A stretch of DNA of 64,000 bases, taken from IMG/VR virus record IMGVR_UViG_3300023110_001595, positions 1 to 64,000 of that record, one strand, 5' to 3'. Positions 1-8,585 of this stretch are shown here, piece after piece. This stretch comes from a virus. Numbering within the stretch: the stretch's first letter is position 1; every line of letters starts with the position of its first letter. A program made the translations under genes and the position numbers. The notes beneath the pieces were generated by a model. That model searched no databases and was not told the DNA's origin. It saw only the letters and a list, made by a program, of their open reading frames with translations.

Positions 1-93
1 GTACAAGAGGTGGCGAACCTCTGTATGGAACGAGGGTGGAGGTTCTCGCCAAGACTCCACATTAGCTTATTCGGAAATGCCTGGGGCACTTAA
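1..93 (+). CDS. queE: C-terminal end of QueE-like radical SAM (7-carboxy-7-deazaguanine synthase), partial
   Basis: Frame 1 translates to VQEVANLCMERGWRFSPRLHISLFGNAWGT*, matching the typical QueE C-terminal GWR(F/Y)SPRLH motif. Not in the ORF track because it is truncated. Confidence 0.75.
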   Translation, partial: VQEVANLCMERGWRFSPRLHISLFGNAWGT

Positions 94-162
94 AGAAAAC
101 GTGGATAGTATTCCTAAAGGCATTAAAAGCGAAGAGGAATACGAAAAGATAAGGAAACTAAT

Positions 163-567
163 ATGAAACAATGGCTTAAGAAAATAACAGGCATCGAAGC
201 AGAAGAAAAACGTCTAGCTGAAGAAAAAGCAGCATTAGAAGCTGAATCTGATAAAAAGCTCAAAGCAAAAGATCCTAAAGCATATGCTACTAAAAAAGGT
301 GAACCTTGGGTAAATGTGCTTGATATGAAAGTCAATGAAGATAATATTCGCAATGGGTTTTTTGAACTTGATTGGAATGAACCTTTTATTGATTCTCTTA
401 TTGAAAATGGTTATGGTAGTGAAGGTGATGAACAAGAAGAAATAGTTGATCGCTGGTTCAAAGACATTGTTTATAATATGCTACAAGAAGAAGGACTTGA
501 CACAAATCGCGGAGCCGGTTATATTAATGTAGTACCAATAGACAAAGGCAAAAGCGAGGTATCATGA
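163..567 (+). CDS. hypothetical phage protein
   Basis: 134-aa ORF with AGGA RBS, overlapping the next gene at ATGA. Confidence 0.75.
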   Translation: MKQWLKKITGIEAEEKRLAEEKAALEAESDKKLKAKDPKAYATKKGEPWVNVLDMKVNEDNIRNGFFELDWNEPFIDSLIENGYGSEGDEQEEIVDRWFKDIVYNMLQEEGLDTNRGAGYINVVPIDKGKSEVS

Positions 568-968
568 GAGACGACCTAATGGTCCAACAGCAAGTAGATA
601 ACGTTTGGCAACATATGGTAGGCGTTATTTGTTTAAACTGCACAGGCAGAAAACAAGTCAAAAAAGTTCTTCCTGTGTTATTTGCTGCTGCACCTACAGC
701 AATACACTTCTTAAATACACCAGAAAAATCTATAAAAAGCATTATAGAAAGTTTAGGAATGGTTAACATAAGATATAACCGTTTGAAAAGAATGAGTAAA
801 GATTTCTTGACATGGGACGGAAATGATGCTACAATGTTACATGGAATAGGCAAATATGGTAGCGACAGTTATCGTCTGTTCTACAAGCACGAGGTTCCCG
901 ACAATGTTGGTGACCATGAACTGAAACGTTATGTAGAAGAAGAGTTTTATGACTTACATACTAATTGA
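564..968 (+). CDS. HhH-GPD DNA glycosylase, MBD4-like
   Basis: HhH motif LHGIGKYGSDSYRLF and catalytic-Asp segment VGDHELKRY, both resembling the MBD4 glycosylase domain. Confidence 0.75.
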   Translation: MRDDLMVQQQVDNVWQHMVGVICLNCTGRKQVKKVLPVLFAAAPTAIHFLNTPEKSIKSIIESLGMVNIRYNRLKRMSKDFLTWDGNDATMLHGIGKYGSDSYRLFYKHEVPDNVGDHELKRYVEEEFYDLHTN

Positions 969-1929
969 TACTGCTAATACTTTCTTTAGGGCTCGTCACG
1001 TTGTTCGTGGCGACATTGATACTAAGGTTGGCATGGCTATGCACATTACCCTTAACAGCATTAAGAAAGCGTGGCAGGACTTTGATGGTTCGCACGTTGT
1101 TTTCTGCTTAGAAGGACGCAGTTGGCGCAAAGATTATTATGAGCCTTACAAGCGCAACCGCAAAGAAGCACGTGATGCACTTACTCCACGTGAAGCAGAA
1201 GAAGATAAAGTATTTTGGGAAATCTTTGACGAGTTCAAAGAGTTTGTTACAGACAAGACTAACTGCACTGTATTGCACAATCCTGTGCTAGAGGCAGATG
1301 ATCTTATTGCTGGTTGGATACAAAATCATCCCAATGATGATCATGTTATTATTTCTACTGATGGTGACTTTGCACAATTGATTGCGCCTAATGTACGTCA
1401 GTACAACGGGGTAAGTAATACTACAATTACTGTAGAAGGATATTTTGATGACAAAGGCAAACCCGTGTGCGATAAGAAGACAGGTGAACCGAAGCCTGCT
1501 CCACAACCCGAATTTATGCTTTTTGAGAAATGTATGCGTGGTGACACTAGCGACAATGTTTTTAGTGCCTACCCTGGTGTGCGCAAGAAAGGCACAAAGA
1601 ACAAAGTAGGTTTGTTAGAAGCATTTGCAGACAAAGATAACAAAGGATATAATTGGAATAATATGATGCTACAACGTTGGGTAGATCACAACGGTGACGA
1701 GCATCGTGTACTAGATGATTACACACGCAATGTTACTCTATGTGATTTGACTGCACAGCCTGACCATATTCGCACAGAAATAAATAATACTATCCAATCA
1801 GCAGACAGCAAGAATGTATCACAAGTTGGTATGAGACTTATGAAGTTTTGTGCCCGTTGGGATCTTCAGCGTGTTGCTGATAATGCAGCGCAATTTGCAG
1901 AGCCATTACAAGCGAGGTATAATGTATGA
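949..1929 (+). CDS. rnh: T4 RNase H-like 5'-3' exonuclease (FEN/PIN family)
   Basis: Motifs ILID, SWRK..YK.NR, EADDLIA, IISTDGDFAQL and GDTSDNV. Confidence 0.9.
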   Translation: MTYILIDTANTFFRARHVVRGDIDTKVGMAMHITLNSIKKAWQDFDGSHVVFCLEGRSWRKDYYEPYKRNRKEARDALTPREAEEDKVFWEIFDEFKEFVTDKTNCTVLHNPVLEADDLIAGWIQNHPNDDHVIISTDGDFAQLIAPNVRQYNGVSNTTITVEGYFDDKGKPVCDKKTGEPKPAPQPEFMLFEKCMRGDTSDNVFSAYPGVRKKGTKNKVGLLEAFADKDNKGYNWNNMMLQRWVDHNGDEHRVLDDYTRNVTLCDLTAQPDHIRTEINNTIQSADSKNVSQVGMRLMKFCARWDLQRVADNAAQFAEPLQARYNV

Positions 1930-2399
1930 CATTTAAGGCAACACCGATACTACAAGACAAATTTTGGATTGTTGAACAAGAAGGTGAAAAAATAGGAACT
2001 TTGAGTAAAAACGATGAAGGTTTTGTTGTAAATTCAAAAGGTAAAGTTAACCTTTACAAAAACGAAAATCAACTTAAACGTACATTTGGTAAAAACTTTT
2101 TAGTTGCTAACATAAAAAAATCAACAAATGATCAGTCAAAAGATGTTCATGGATATCCTACAAGAACTATACCATTTAATAGTATGTTTGATATACAAAG
2201 GAAGTTACCATTATTCACAAAAAGTGAAAAGTCTAAAAGTGTATATTGTGCAGGTTATTATCTTGTAAAATTTAATGTAAATTGGTTAAAAAGTTTTTGT
2301 CCGAAGCTAATTACTATTGAGCGCAATGAGTTTATGGGACCATTTAAGACCGAATTAGAAATGAAATTAGCGTTAAATAATGTCAACAGATCCAATTAA
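1926..2399 (+). CDS. hypothetical phage protein
   Basis: 157-aa ORF, translationally coupled to neighbours. Confidence 0.7.
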   Translation: MTFKATPILQDKFWIVEQEGEKIGTLSKNDEGFVVNSKGKVNLYKNENQLKRTFGKNFLVANIKKSTNDQSKDVHGYPTRTIPFNSMFDIQRKLPLFTKSEKSKSVYCAGYYLVKFNVNWLKSFCPKLITIERNEFMGPFKTELEMKLALNNVNRSN

Positions 2400-2622
2400 C
2401 ACAATGCCTATACAGCAACTTATACAAATGGTAAAGGTTGCTGAACAAAGTAGAGCTAAAGAAGTACGTCTTGATATTAATCAAGCTAAGACACTTGCAT
2501 TTACATTAGGCGAAGTTATGACTAGATTACACGGCGATTTAGAAAAAATATTAGATGAAAAAATAGATAAATTGAATCAAGAGCAAATAATTGAAATTAA
2601 TATGGATTCGGGTGGCTGGTAA
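2380..2622 (+). CDS. hypothetical protein
   Basis: 80-aa ORF within the + strand operon. Confidence 0.65.
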   Translation: MSTDPINTMPIQQLIQMVKVAEQSRAKEVRLDINQAKTLAFTLGEVMTRLHGDLEKILDEKIDKLNQEQIIEINMDSGGW

Positions 2623-2626
2623 AAAA

Positions 2627-2634
2627 GATAAATA
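2627..2634 (+). promoter_or_regulatory. putative late promoter (GATAAATA)
   Basis: Intergenic, resembles the T4 late consensus TATAAATA, and recurs before several genes. Confidence 0.5.
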
Positions 2635-2664
2635 TATGCGTAGTTTATATAAAAGGAAACGCAT

Positions 2665-2949
2665 ATGAGTAGACCTAAGCCTACAGTAAAACTTGAGTTT
2701 ACAAATAAAGTGACATACAAATGTGAACAAGTTTTAGATGCAGAAGCAATCTGGGCTGTTTTCTATCAAGATAAACCGTTCAATTTAAAGAGTAGTAATA
2801 GTTTAACTGGTTATCCTGGTCCTAAATACAAAAAAACAAGTTTTTCAAATCCTGGACACGCACATAATCTTGCTAAAAAATTAAACGATATGTTTAACAC
2901 TGATGAATTTGCTGTTTTTAAACTAACAGCAGGCGAAAAACTCAAATAA
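2665..2949 (+). CDS. hypothetical phage protein (MSRPKP...)
   Basis: 94-aa ORF with AAGGA RBS. Confidence 0.75.
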   Translation: MSRPKPTVKLEFTNKVTYKCEQVLDAEAIWAVFYQDKPFNLKSSNSLTGYPGPKYKKTSFSNPGHAHNLAKKLNDMFNTDEFAVFKLTAGEKLK

Positions 2950-3338
2950 TGGCAGACAAAAAAACCTACACAAAACTTTTTTTAAAAGAACTAGGAAAAA
3001 GCTATAATGAGCTTAGTGTTAAAGAACATATGCCACTTTGGTGGTATAATACTAGACAAAAAGATGTAGGCGGACTTAGACTCACAGATAATGGTTTTGA
3101 TGTAATTAATAAAATAGAATTGCAAACTTACGATATACCATATCCTAGAGATATGCCTATGACTACACAAATTATTATATTTTTAGACAAATTTATTGAT
3201 TGTCCCTACTACTTAACAAATAGAAGTATTACAGTTACAAACGAACGTAAAGCAGTAGAACTTGGTTTGTTCAGCGGAGACTTACGCAAATACGGATTAA
3301 CAAAAGCAATGTCAAGGTCAAAGAAGGATGAGAATTGA
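2949..3338 (+). CDS. hypothetical phage protein
   Basis: 129-aa ORF with TAATG coupling. Confidence 0.7.
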   Translation: MADKKTYTKLFLKELGKSYNELSVKEHMPLWWYNTRQKDVGGLRLTDNGFDVINKIELQTYDIPYPRDMPMTTQIIIFLDKFIDCPYYLTNRSITVTNERKAVELGLFSGDLRKYGLTKAMSRSKKDEN

Positions 3339-3558
3339 TTTACACGGTTATCACATCCATACTGCTTGGCAACATTTTAACACGAGAATAACTGAAGCAT
3401 ATTTTGCTGGGCATAAAAAGTGTACAGTTATTACAGGTCAGGGTGCTATGATGCGTGAGTTTGAGACTTGGGCAAGAAATCATCCACGTATAAGAGAATG
3501 CAAACAAAGACCAAATAATCCTGGAAGTTTTATAGTAAAATTTAATAAAAAAGGTTGA
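3328..3558 (+). CDS. stand-alone Smr/MutS2 C-terminal domain protein
   Basis: Smr motifs IDLHG, VITGQG and NPGSFIV. Confidence 0.8.
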   Translation: MRIDLHGYHIHTAWQHFNTRITEAYFAGHKKCTVITGQGAMMREFETWARNHPRIRECKQRPNNPGSFIVKFNKKG

Positions 3559-3583
3559 CCTTCTAACACTATTGTACTATATT
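3555..3583 (+). promoter_or_regulatory. sigma70-type promoter TTGACC-17-TATATT
   Basis: Read directly from the sequence, intergenic. Confidence 0.65.
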
Positions 3584-3616
3584 AATATTAAATTAATAGG
3601 CACAAGAAGGCACAAA

Positions 3617-3925
3617 ATGAAACGTTTACTACTAGCATTAACACTTTTTGCATCAACAGCACACGCAGATGCAGGTTATTTGAATCAACACGGATGCCAT
3701 TACGGATCAACAGATGGCTGGCGTGGTATGTGGCACTGTCATCATATGGCTCGTTCATATTACACAGACCGTGGGCTAGTAACAGATCCTCCTGTCAACA
3801 CAGATCCTGGTTATAATCATGGTAATAGTCCTACACACGGACATAGTCATGATCACAGCAATAGCAATGATGCATTAAATATATTGCTAGGTATTGTAGT
3901 TTTAGATGCACTTTTAGGCAGATAA
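3617..3925 (+). CDS. small secreted His-rich protein
   Basis: Likely start MKRLLLALTLFASTAHA (signal peptide) at 3617 after a GAAGG RBS. Contains a His-rich tract and a hydrophobic C-terminus. Confidence 0.65.
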   Translation: MKRLLLALTLFASTAHADAGYLNQHGCHYGSTDGWRGMWHCHHMARSYYTDRGLVTDPPVNTDPGYNHGNSPTHGHSHDHSNSNDALNILLGIVVLDALLGR

Positions 3926-3928
3926 AGG

Positions 3929-3957
3929 TTGACACTGATAGCATTATATGCTATATT
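3929..3957 (+). promoter_or_regulatory. sigma70-type promoter TTGACA-17-TATATT with extended -10 TG
   Basis: Read directly from the sequence, intergenic. Confidence 0.75.
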
Positions 3958-3988
3958 ATATGTATAGGGCAACATAGAGGGTAATAAA

Positions 3989-4387
3989 ATGTTTACATAC
4001 TGCGATGATATTATTTCCGATCTTTACAAAGACGTATACGGTGTACGTCCTCGTGAGGCATTTTATGCGGATTGGAATAACTGTACTCCTGCTGAGAAGC
4101 AGAAGACTTGGGATGAGTATTGCGATACTATTGAACAGCAAATCGCTGAACAAAAAATTCGCGAAGCAACTTGTATAGCACGTTTCGAAGATCGTATTAA
4201 AGACGTTATCAGTCTTGGTGCAGGTGATCGTACAACTGCTCTACGTTGGATTTCACAACAAGAAACTTTCTACCACATCCAAGATGTTGAGCATTTTGTT
4301 TGGGAGCAAGGTATCTTGTTCACAGATTATGGCAAGGCTCTTATCAAAGAACTTGCTGCAATTGTAACTTATGAGGAGATGTTCTAA
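3989..4387 (+). CDS. hypothetical phage protein (SDLYKDVYGVRPR motif)
   Basis: 132-aa ORF with GAGG RBS and a motif typical of small early phage proteins. Confidence 0.75.
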   Translation: MFTYCDDIISDLYKDVYGVRPREAFYADWNNCTPAEKQKTWDEYCDTIEQQIAEQKIREATCIARFEDRIKDVISLGAGDRTTALRWISQQETFYHIQDVEHFVWEQGILFTDYGKALIKELAAIVTYEEMF

Positions 4388-4554
4388 TGATTAATATGCA
4401 ATGTCCACATTGTTTTGAAGACAAACCACTAGGTGCAACTCATTGCCCTAAATGTACACATAAGGTTACAGCAGATGAAACAGGTTTAAACGAGTTTTTT
4501 GGTTTGCTATGGATGATTGTAATTGGTACAATTATTTGGAATCTTATTACTTGA
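4387..4554 (+). CDS. small zinc-ribbon membrane protein (55 aa)
   Basis: Hand-translated: MINMQCPHCFEDKPLGATHCPKCTHKVTADETGLNEFFGLLWMIVIGTIIWNLIT. Has a GAGGAG RBS and TAATG coupling, and is below the ORF-track cutoff. Confidence 0.7.
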   Translation: MINMQCPHCFEDKPLGATHCPKCTHKVTADETGLNEFFGLLWMIVIGTIIWNLIT

Positions 4555-4579
4555 CAATACTAAGAAGATACGCTAATAT
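4551..4579 (+). promoter_or_regulatory. sigma70-type promoter TTGACA-17-TAATAT
   Basis: Lies upstream of the AAA ATPase gene. Confidence 0.7.
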
Positions 4580-4612
4580 AAGACATAGGCACTGATTTAG
4601 AAAGGAATACAA

Positions 4613-5698
4613 ATGTCAGACGTTATTCGTACACTATCTCCTAACAAAGCAAAAAACGCACTGCGTCACGCTATGAAGAAAAAGCGTCCTGTGTTTTTAT
4701 GGGGTCCGCCAGGTATCGGTAAATCCGATATTGTAGCACAGGTTACAAACGAGTTTTCTAACTCGCATCTAATTGATATTCGGTTGAGCCTTTGGGATCC
4801 AACTGATATTAAAGGCATTCCATACTTTGACAGCAAAAATGTTAAAATGGTTTGGGGTGCTCCATCAGAACTGCCAGACGAAGAGTTGGCAGCACAATAC
4901 GACAATATTGTTGTATTTTTTGACGAAATGAACTCAGCTGCACCTGCTGTACAAGCGGCAGCATATCAGTTGATTCTTAATCGTCGTGTCGGGCAATACA
5001 AACTGCCAGACAATGTTATCATTGTTGCTGCGGGTAACCGTGAAGCAGATAAAGGCGTTACATATCGTATGCCTTCACCACTTGCTAATCGCTTTATTCA
5101 CATTGAAATGGCTGTCGAATTTGACGATTGGTTCCAGTGGGCAGTAGATAACAATCAACACAAGGATGTTGTTGGTTACTTGACTTTTGCTAAAAAAGAC
5201 TTGTACGACTTCGATCCTAAATCCGCAAGTCGTTCGTTTGCAACACCACGTAGTTGGGCGTTTGTAAGTGAATTACTTGATGACGAACTTGACGAAGGTA
5301 CTACTACTGATTTGGTTTCCGGTTCAGTAGGTGAAGGACTTGGTGTTAAGTTTATGGCACACCGAAAGGTAGCCGCAAGTATGCCTAATCCAACTGATAT
5401 TCTTGCAGGCAAAGTAAAAGACATGAGCACGTCAGAAATCAGTGCCATGTATTCGCTGACTGTTAGTCTTTGCTATGAACTAAAAGAAGCATCAGATAAA
5501 AATGACAAAAAGTTTGATGATAAAGTCAATAACTTCTTACGCTTTGCAATGGATAACTTTGACACAGAACTAGTTGTTATGGGTATTAAACTTGCGCTAA
5601 CACAGTATGCGCTGCCAATTGATCCAGACGAAGTGGAATGCTTTGACGAATTCCACAACCGTTATGGTAAGTATATTAAAGCAGCACAAGCGGTGTAA
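4613..5698 (+). CDS. MoxR-like AAA+ ATPase
   Basis: Walker A GPPGIGKS, Walker B VFFDEMN, plus AAGNR, LANRF and TPRSW. Confidence 0.9.
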   Translation: MSDVIRTLSPNKAKNALRHAMKKKRPVFLWGPPGIGKSDIVAQVTNEFSNSHLIDIRLSLWDPTDIKGIPYFDSKNVKMVWGAPSELPDEELAAQYDNIVVFFDEMNSAAPAVQAAAYQLILNRRVGQYKLPDNVIIVAAGNREADKGVTYRMPSPLANRFIHIEMAVEFDDWFQWAVDNNQHKDVVGYLTFAKKDLYDFDPKSASRSFATPRSWAFVSELLDDELDEGTTTDLVSGSVGEGLGVKFMAHRKVAASMPNPTDILAGKVKDMSTSEISAMYSLTVSLCYELKEASDKNDKKFDDKVNNFLRFAMDNFDTELVVMGIKLALTQYALPIDPDEVECFDEFHNRYGKYIKAAQAV

Positions 5699-5706
5699 GT
5701 CGATAG

Positions 5707-5740
5707 ATAATGGGCAGTTTAGGCTGCCCATTATTCTATT
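5707..5740 (+). terminator. intrinsic terminator-like hairpin
   Basis: Perfect 11-bp stem ATAATGGGCAG-tttagg-CTGCCCATTAT with a T-rich tail, just after the AAA stop codon. Confidence 0.65.
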
Positions 5741-5746
5741 ACGAGG

Positions 5747-5774
5747 TTGACAATTCTGTAAATAGTGTTATATT
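5747..5774 (+). promoter_or_regulatory. sigma70-type promoter TTGACA-16-TATATT with extended -10 TG
   Basis: Upstream of the vWA gene. Confidence 0.6.
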
Positions 5775-5801
5775 AATATTAGCACTGATGAGAGGAATAC
5801 A

Positions 5802-7109
5802 ATGTTTGATAATTGGCCATATATCGAAATGTCTACAAAAGACACATCTAGTAAACTTAAAAACTGGCAACCTAATCCAGATATTACAGAACAAGAATTA
5901 GATGTAATGCGTAAAGATGTGCTAGATCGCATCATTATTGCACGAGTAGGTTTGCTATTACGTCATCCGTTTTTTGGTAATATGGCAACACGTTTGCGTA
6001 TACAATGTGCAGACGATTGGTGCCCTACAGCCGCAGTCGACGGTCGTAACTTGTACTTTAACACACAATTCTTTAATGCAATGTCAAACAAAGAAATTGA
6101 ATTTGTTATTGCACACGAAATTCTACACTGTGTATTTGATCACTTGGGCCGTAGAGACGAACGTAATCCTTTGTTGTATAATATTGCTGCTGATTACAAA
6201 GTAAACAACTTGCTTGTTCGTGATCGAATTGGTGAAAAACCTAGCATTGTTGATTGTTATCAAGACTTCAAATATGAAGAATGGACATCAGAAGAAATAT
6301 ACGACGAATTGTATAAAGAGGCAGAAAAGAACGGTGAAGAATATTTAAAACAATTAGGTGAAATGCTAGACGAGCATTTGGACTTAGAAGGTGACGGTAC
6401 AGAAGAAGATAACAAAGATGGTAAAGGTCGCCCTAAGTACAGTAAAGGCGAAATGGATCAGATCAAAGACGAAATTAAAGAAGCAATGATCCAGGCTGCA
6501 CAAACTGCTGGTGCTGGCAATGTTCCAGGCGGTGTGCAACGTCTTATTAAACAACTAACAGAGCCTAAAATGAACTGGCGTGAATTGCTACGTCAGCAAA
6601 TCCAAAGCACAATCAAAAGCGATTACACATTTGCTCGTCCATCACGTAAAGGCTGGCACACAGGTGCTATTTTGCCAGGTATGAACTTCCAAGATACAAT
6701 TGACATTTGTGTTAGCATTGATATGTCAGGTTCTATTGGTGACGATCAAGCAAAAGACTTCCTAAGCGAAATCAAAGGTATCATGGACGAATACAAAGAT
6801 TACAAGATCAAAGTATGGTGTTTTGATACAGCAGTTTACAACGAAGAAGACTTTACTGCTGATGGCGGCAGAGACTTGAGTGAATACAAAGTGCTAGGCG
6901 GTGGCGGCACTGACTTTATGGTAAACTGGACATACATGAAAGACAACGATATTCAACCTAAAAAGTTCATTATGTTCACAGATGGTTATGCTTGGGATAG
7001 TTGGGGTGATTCGGAATACTGTGAAACTATTTTTATCATTCACAGCAATCACAATAAAAACCTAGAAGGTCCTTTTGGTATTACTGCTCATTATGAGGAG
7101 GCTGCGTGA
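5802..7109 (+). CDS. HExxH putative metallopeptidase + vWA domain (DUF2201-like), MoxR partner
   Basis: AHEILH motif, MIDAS DMSGS, GGGTDF and FTDG, next to the AAA gene. Confidence 0.85.
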   Translation: MFDNWPYIEMSTKDTSSKLKNWQPNPDITEQELDVMRKDVLDRIIIARVGLLLRHPFFGNMATRLRIQCADDWCPTAAVDGRNLYFNTQFFNAMSNKEIEFVIAHEILHCVFDHLGRRDERNPLLYNIAADYKVNNLLVRDRIGEKPSIVDCYQDFKYEEWTSEEIYDELYKEAEKNGEEYLKQLGEMLDEHLDLEGDGTEEDNKDGKGRPKYSKGEMDQIKDEIKEAMIQAAQTAGAGNVPGGVQRLIKQLTEPKMNWRELLRQQIQSTIKSDYTFARPSRKGWHTGAILPGMNFQDTIDICVSIDMSGSIGDDQAKDFLSEIKGIMDEYKDYKIKVWCFDTAVYNEEDFTADGGRDLSEYKVLGGGGTDFMVNWTYMKDNDIQPKKFIMFTDGYAWDSWGDSEYCETIFIIHSNHNKNLEGPFGITAHYEEAA

Positions 7110-7384
7110 AACTAAAAGATCCTAATCCATTAGATGTTTTAGATCTGAGGAGAGTAAAATTTTGCCCTCCTCATTTTGCCATAGTTGATGTCCAAAGAAA
7201 ATACAATATAGATAAAGCTATATGCGATTGGATAGAAGAGAATCTAAGTGGCAGATATTTTTTTGGAAAATCATTAAAATATAAAGAAGATAATGGAATA
7301 AGTCAAACAAATAGAATAGGATTTGAACAAGAAAAAGAATTAAGTTTCTTTATGCTTGCTTGTCCACATTTGAAATACAACTAA
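7106..7384 (+). CDS. hypothetical protein
   Basis: 92-aa ORF with GTG start and GAGGAGG RBS. Confidence 0.7.
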   Translation: MKLKDPNPLDVLDLRRVKFCPPHFAIVDVQRKYNIDKAICDWIEENLSGRYFFGKSLKYKEDNGISQTNRIGFEQEKELSFFMLACPHLKYN

Positions 7385-7393
7385 AATATAGGT

Positions 7394-7401
7394 TATAAGT
7401 A
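7394..7401 (+). promoter_or_regulatory. putative late promoter TATAAGTA
   Basis: Intergenic variant of TATAAATA. Confidence 0.4.
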
Positions 7402-7421
7402 TTATACAAGGAGTTCAAAAT

Positions 7422-7685
7422 ATGACCGAAAACACACAAACAAATCAAAACGAACTAAACATTCAAGATTTGGCATTGGCAAGAGCAGTTATTGAACTTG
7501 CTACAGAACGTGGTACGTTTAAAGCAAATGAAATTGCTAGTGTCGGTGCTTTATATAATAAACTTGATGCTTTCTTGAAAGAAGTAGAAGCACAAGCAAA
7601 AGCAGCACAAGATGGTGCAGCAGCAGCACAACCGGCTCCTGCTCCAGCAAATACAACAGAAACGGAGGCGACAAATGGCTCTTAA
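7422..7685 (+). CDS. hypothetical protein with Ala/Pro-rich tail
   Basis: 87-aa ORF with AGGAG RBS. Confidence 0.75.
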   Translation: MTENTQTNQNELNIQDLALARAVIELATERGTFKANEIASVGALYNKLDAFLKEVEAQAKAAQDGAAAAQPAPAPANTTETEATNGS

Positions 7686-8301
7686 ACACGTAGGTAGGAT
7701 TGCCTCAAATCAACGAAAAATAGTAGTAGCATATAGAGTAGTTCCTGGAGATCCTGATTATTGTCTTGTAGTACAAACAGAAAATTTAAGTGCAGAAGAA
7801 CACGATAGTTTGATTAAAGCAGTCGAATCGGCAGCAGGTCAAGAAGCAAACGAATTTGCAGAATGTATGGCAAGAACATATCTTCCTGATGGACGTAATA
7901 TGTTAGCAGGTTTTAGTAGAACAGGCAAACTTAATAAAGTAATGACTAAAGAAGTTGAAATGGTTCCAAATGCAAACAGTGTGATTAATCTTGCAGAACT
8001 TAACAAAACTATTGCAGAGCAGAAAGGTGTAACAGTTGCAGATTTAGCAATCAAAGGCCCAGATGGCGAAACAGTACAGCCAGGTCCTAACGAAACTGAA
8101 TCAGCAGTTGATCCAGTTGCTACTTACACAGAAACACCAGCACAAGACGGCGTTATCACAGATGACCAATTAGCTGCGCAATATCGTTCACAAGCAGATG
8201 CTTTATTCAAAGAAGCAAAGGCACTTCGTGAACAAGCAGAAGAACTTGTACCAACAAAGAAAAAAACTACGGTAAAGAAAAAAGAACCTAGTGAAGCATG
8301 A
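7675..8301 (+). CDS. hypothetical phage protein (MALKHVGR...)
   Basis: The true start is probably ATG 7675 after GGAGG, rather than the track's 7612. Confidence 0.75.
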   Translation: MALKHVGRIASNQRKIVVAYRVVPGDPDYCLVVQTENLSAEEHDSLIKAVESAAGQEANEFAECMARTYLPDGRNMLAGFSRTGKLNKVMTKEVEMVPNANSVINLAELNKTIAEQKGVTVADLAIKGPDGETVQPGPNETESAVDPVATYTETPAQDGVITDDQLAAQYRSQADALFKEAKALREQAEELVPTKKKTTVKKKEPSEA

Positions 8302-8585
8302 CGAACAGAAACGACTACTGGGATAAGATACTCTCAGAAATTGATATGGATTACATTCCAATTGAGTATATGAATACAGTAGTCGTAAAATTTCATGATG
8401 GAAAAGAGTGGGAAATAGACCTAGCTAAACCAAAACAATCCGAATCAGACGTTGAAAAAATATTAGATGACTTTTTCAAAGAATACGAAGATAGTATAAA
8501 TACTGTTGATTTTAGATTAGACCTACATAAATTAAAAAATGATATTTCTAAAAGAACTGCACGTTTTTTAAAAGTAAACAGATGA
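8298..8585 (+). CDS. hypothetical protein
   Basis: 95-aa coupled ORF. Confidence 0.7.
   Translation: MTNRNDYWDKILSEIDMDYIPIEYMNTVVVKFHDGKEWEIDLAKPKQSESDVEKILDDFFKEYEDSINTVDFRLDLHKLKNDISKRTARFLKVNR

Noticed and set aside
7612-7674. ORF-track upstream starts (7612, and likewise 3572, 13483, 29094, 31776, 32705, 39303)
   Set aside because: They overlap upstream genes or promoters. Downstream ATGs with SD sites or stop-start coupling are more plausible.
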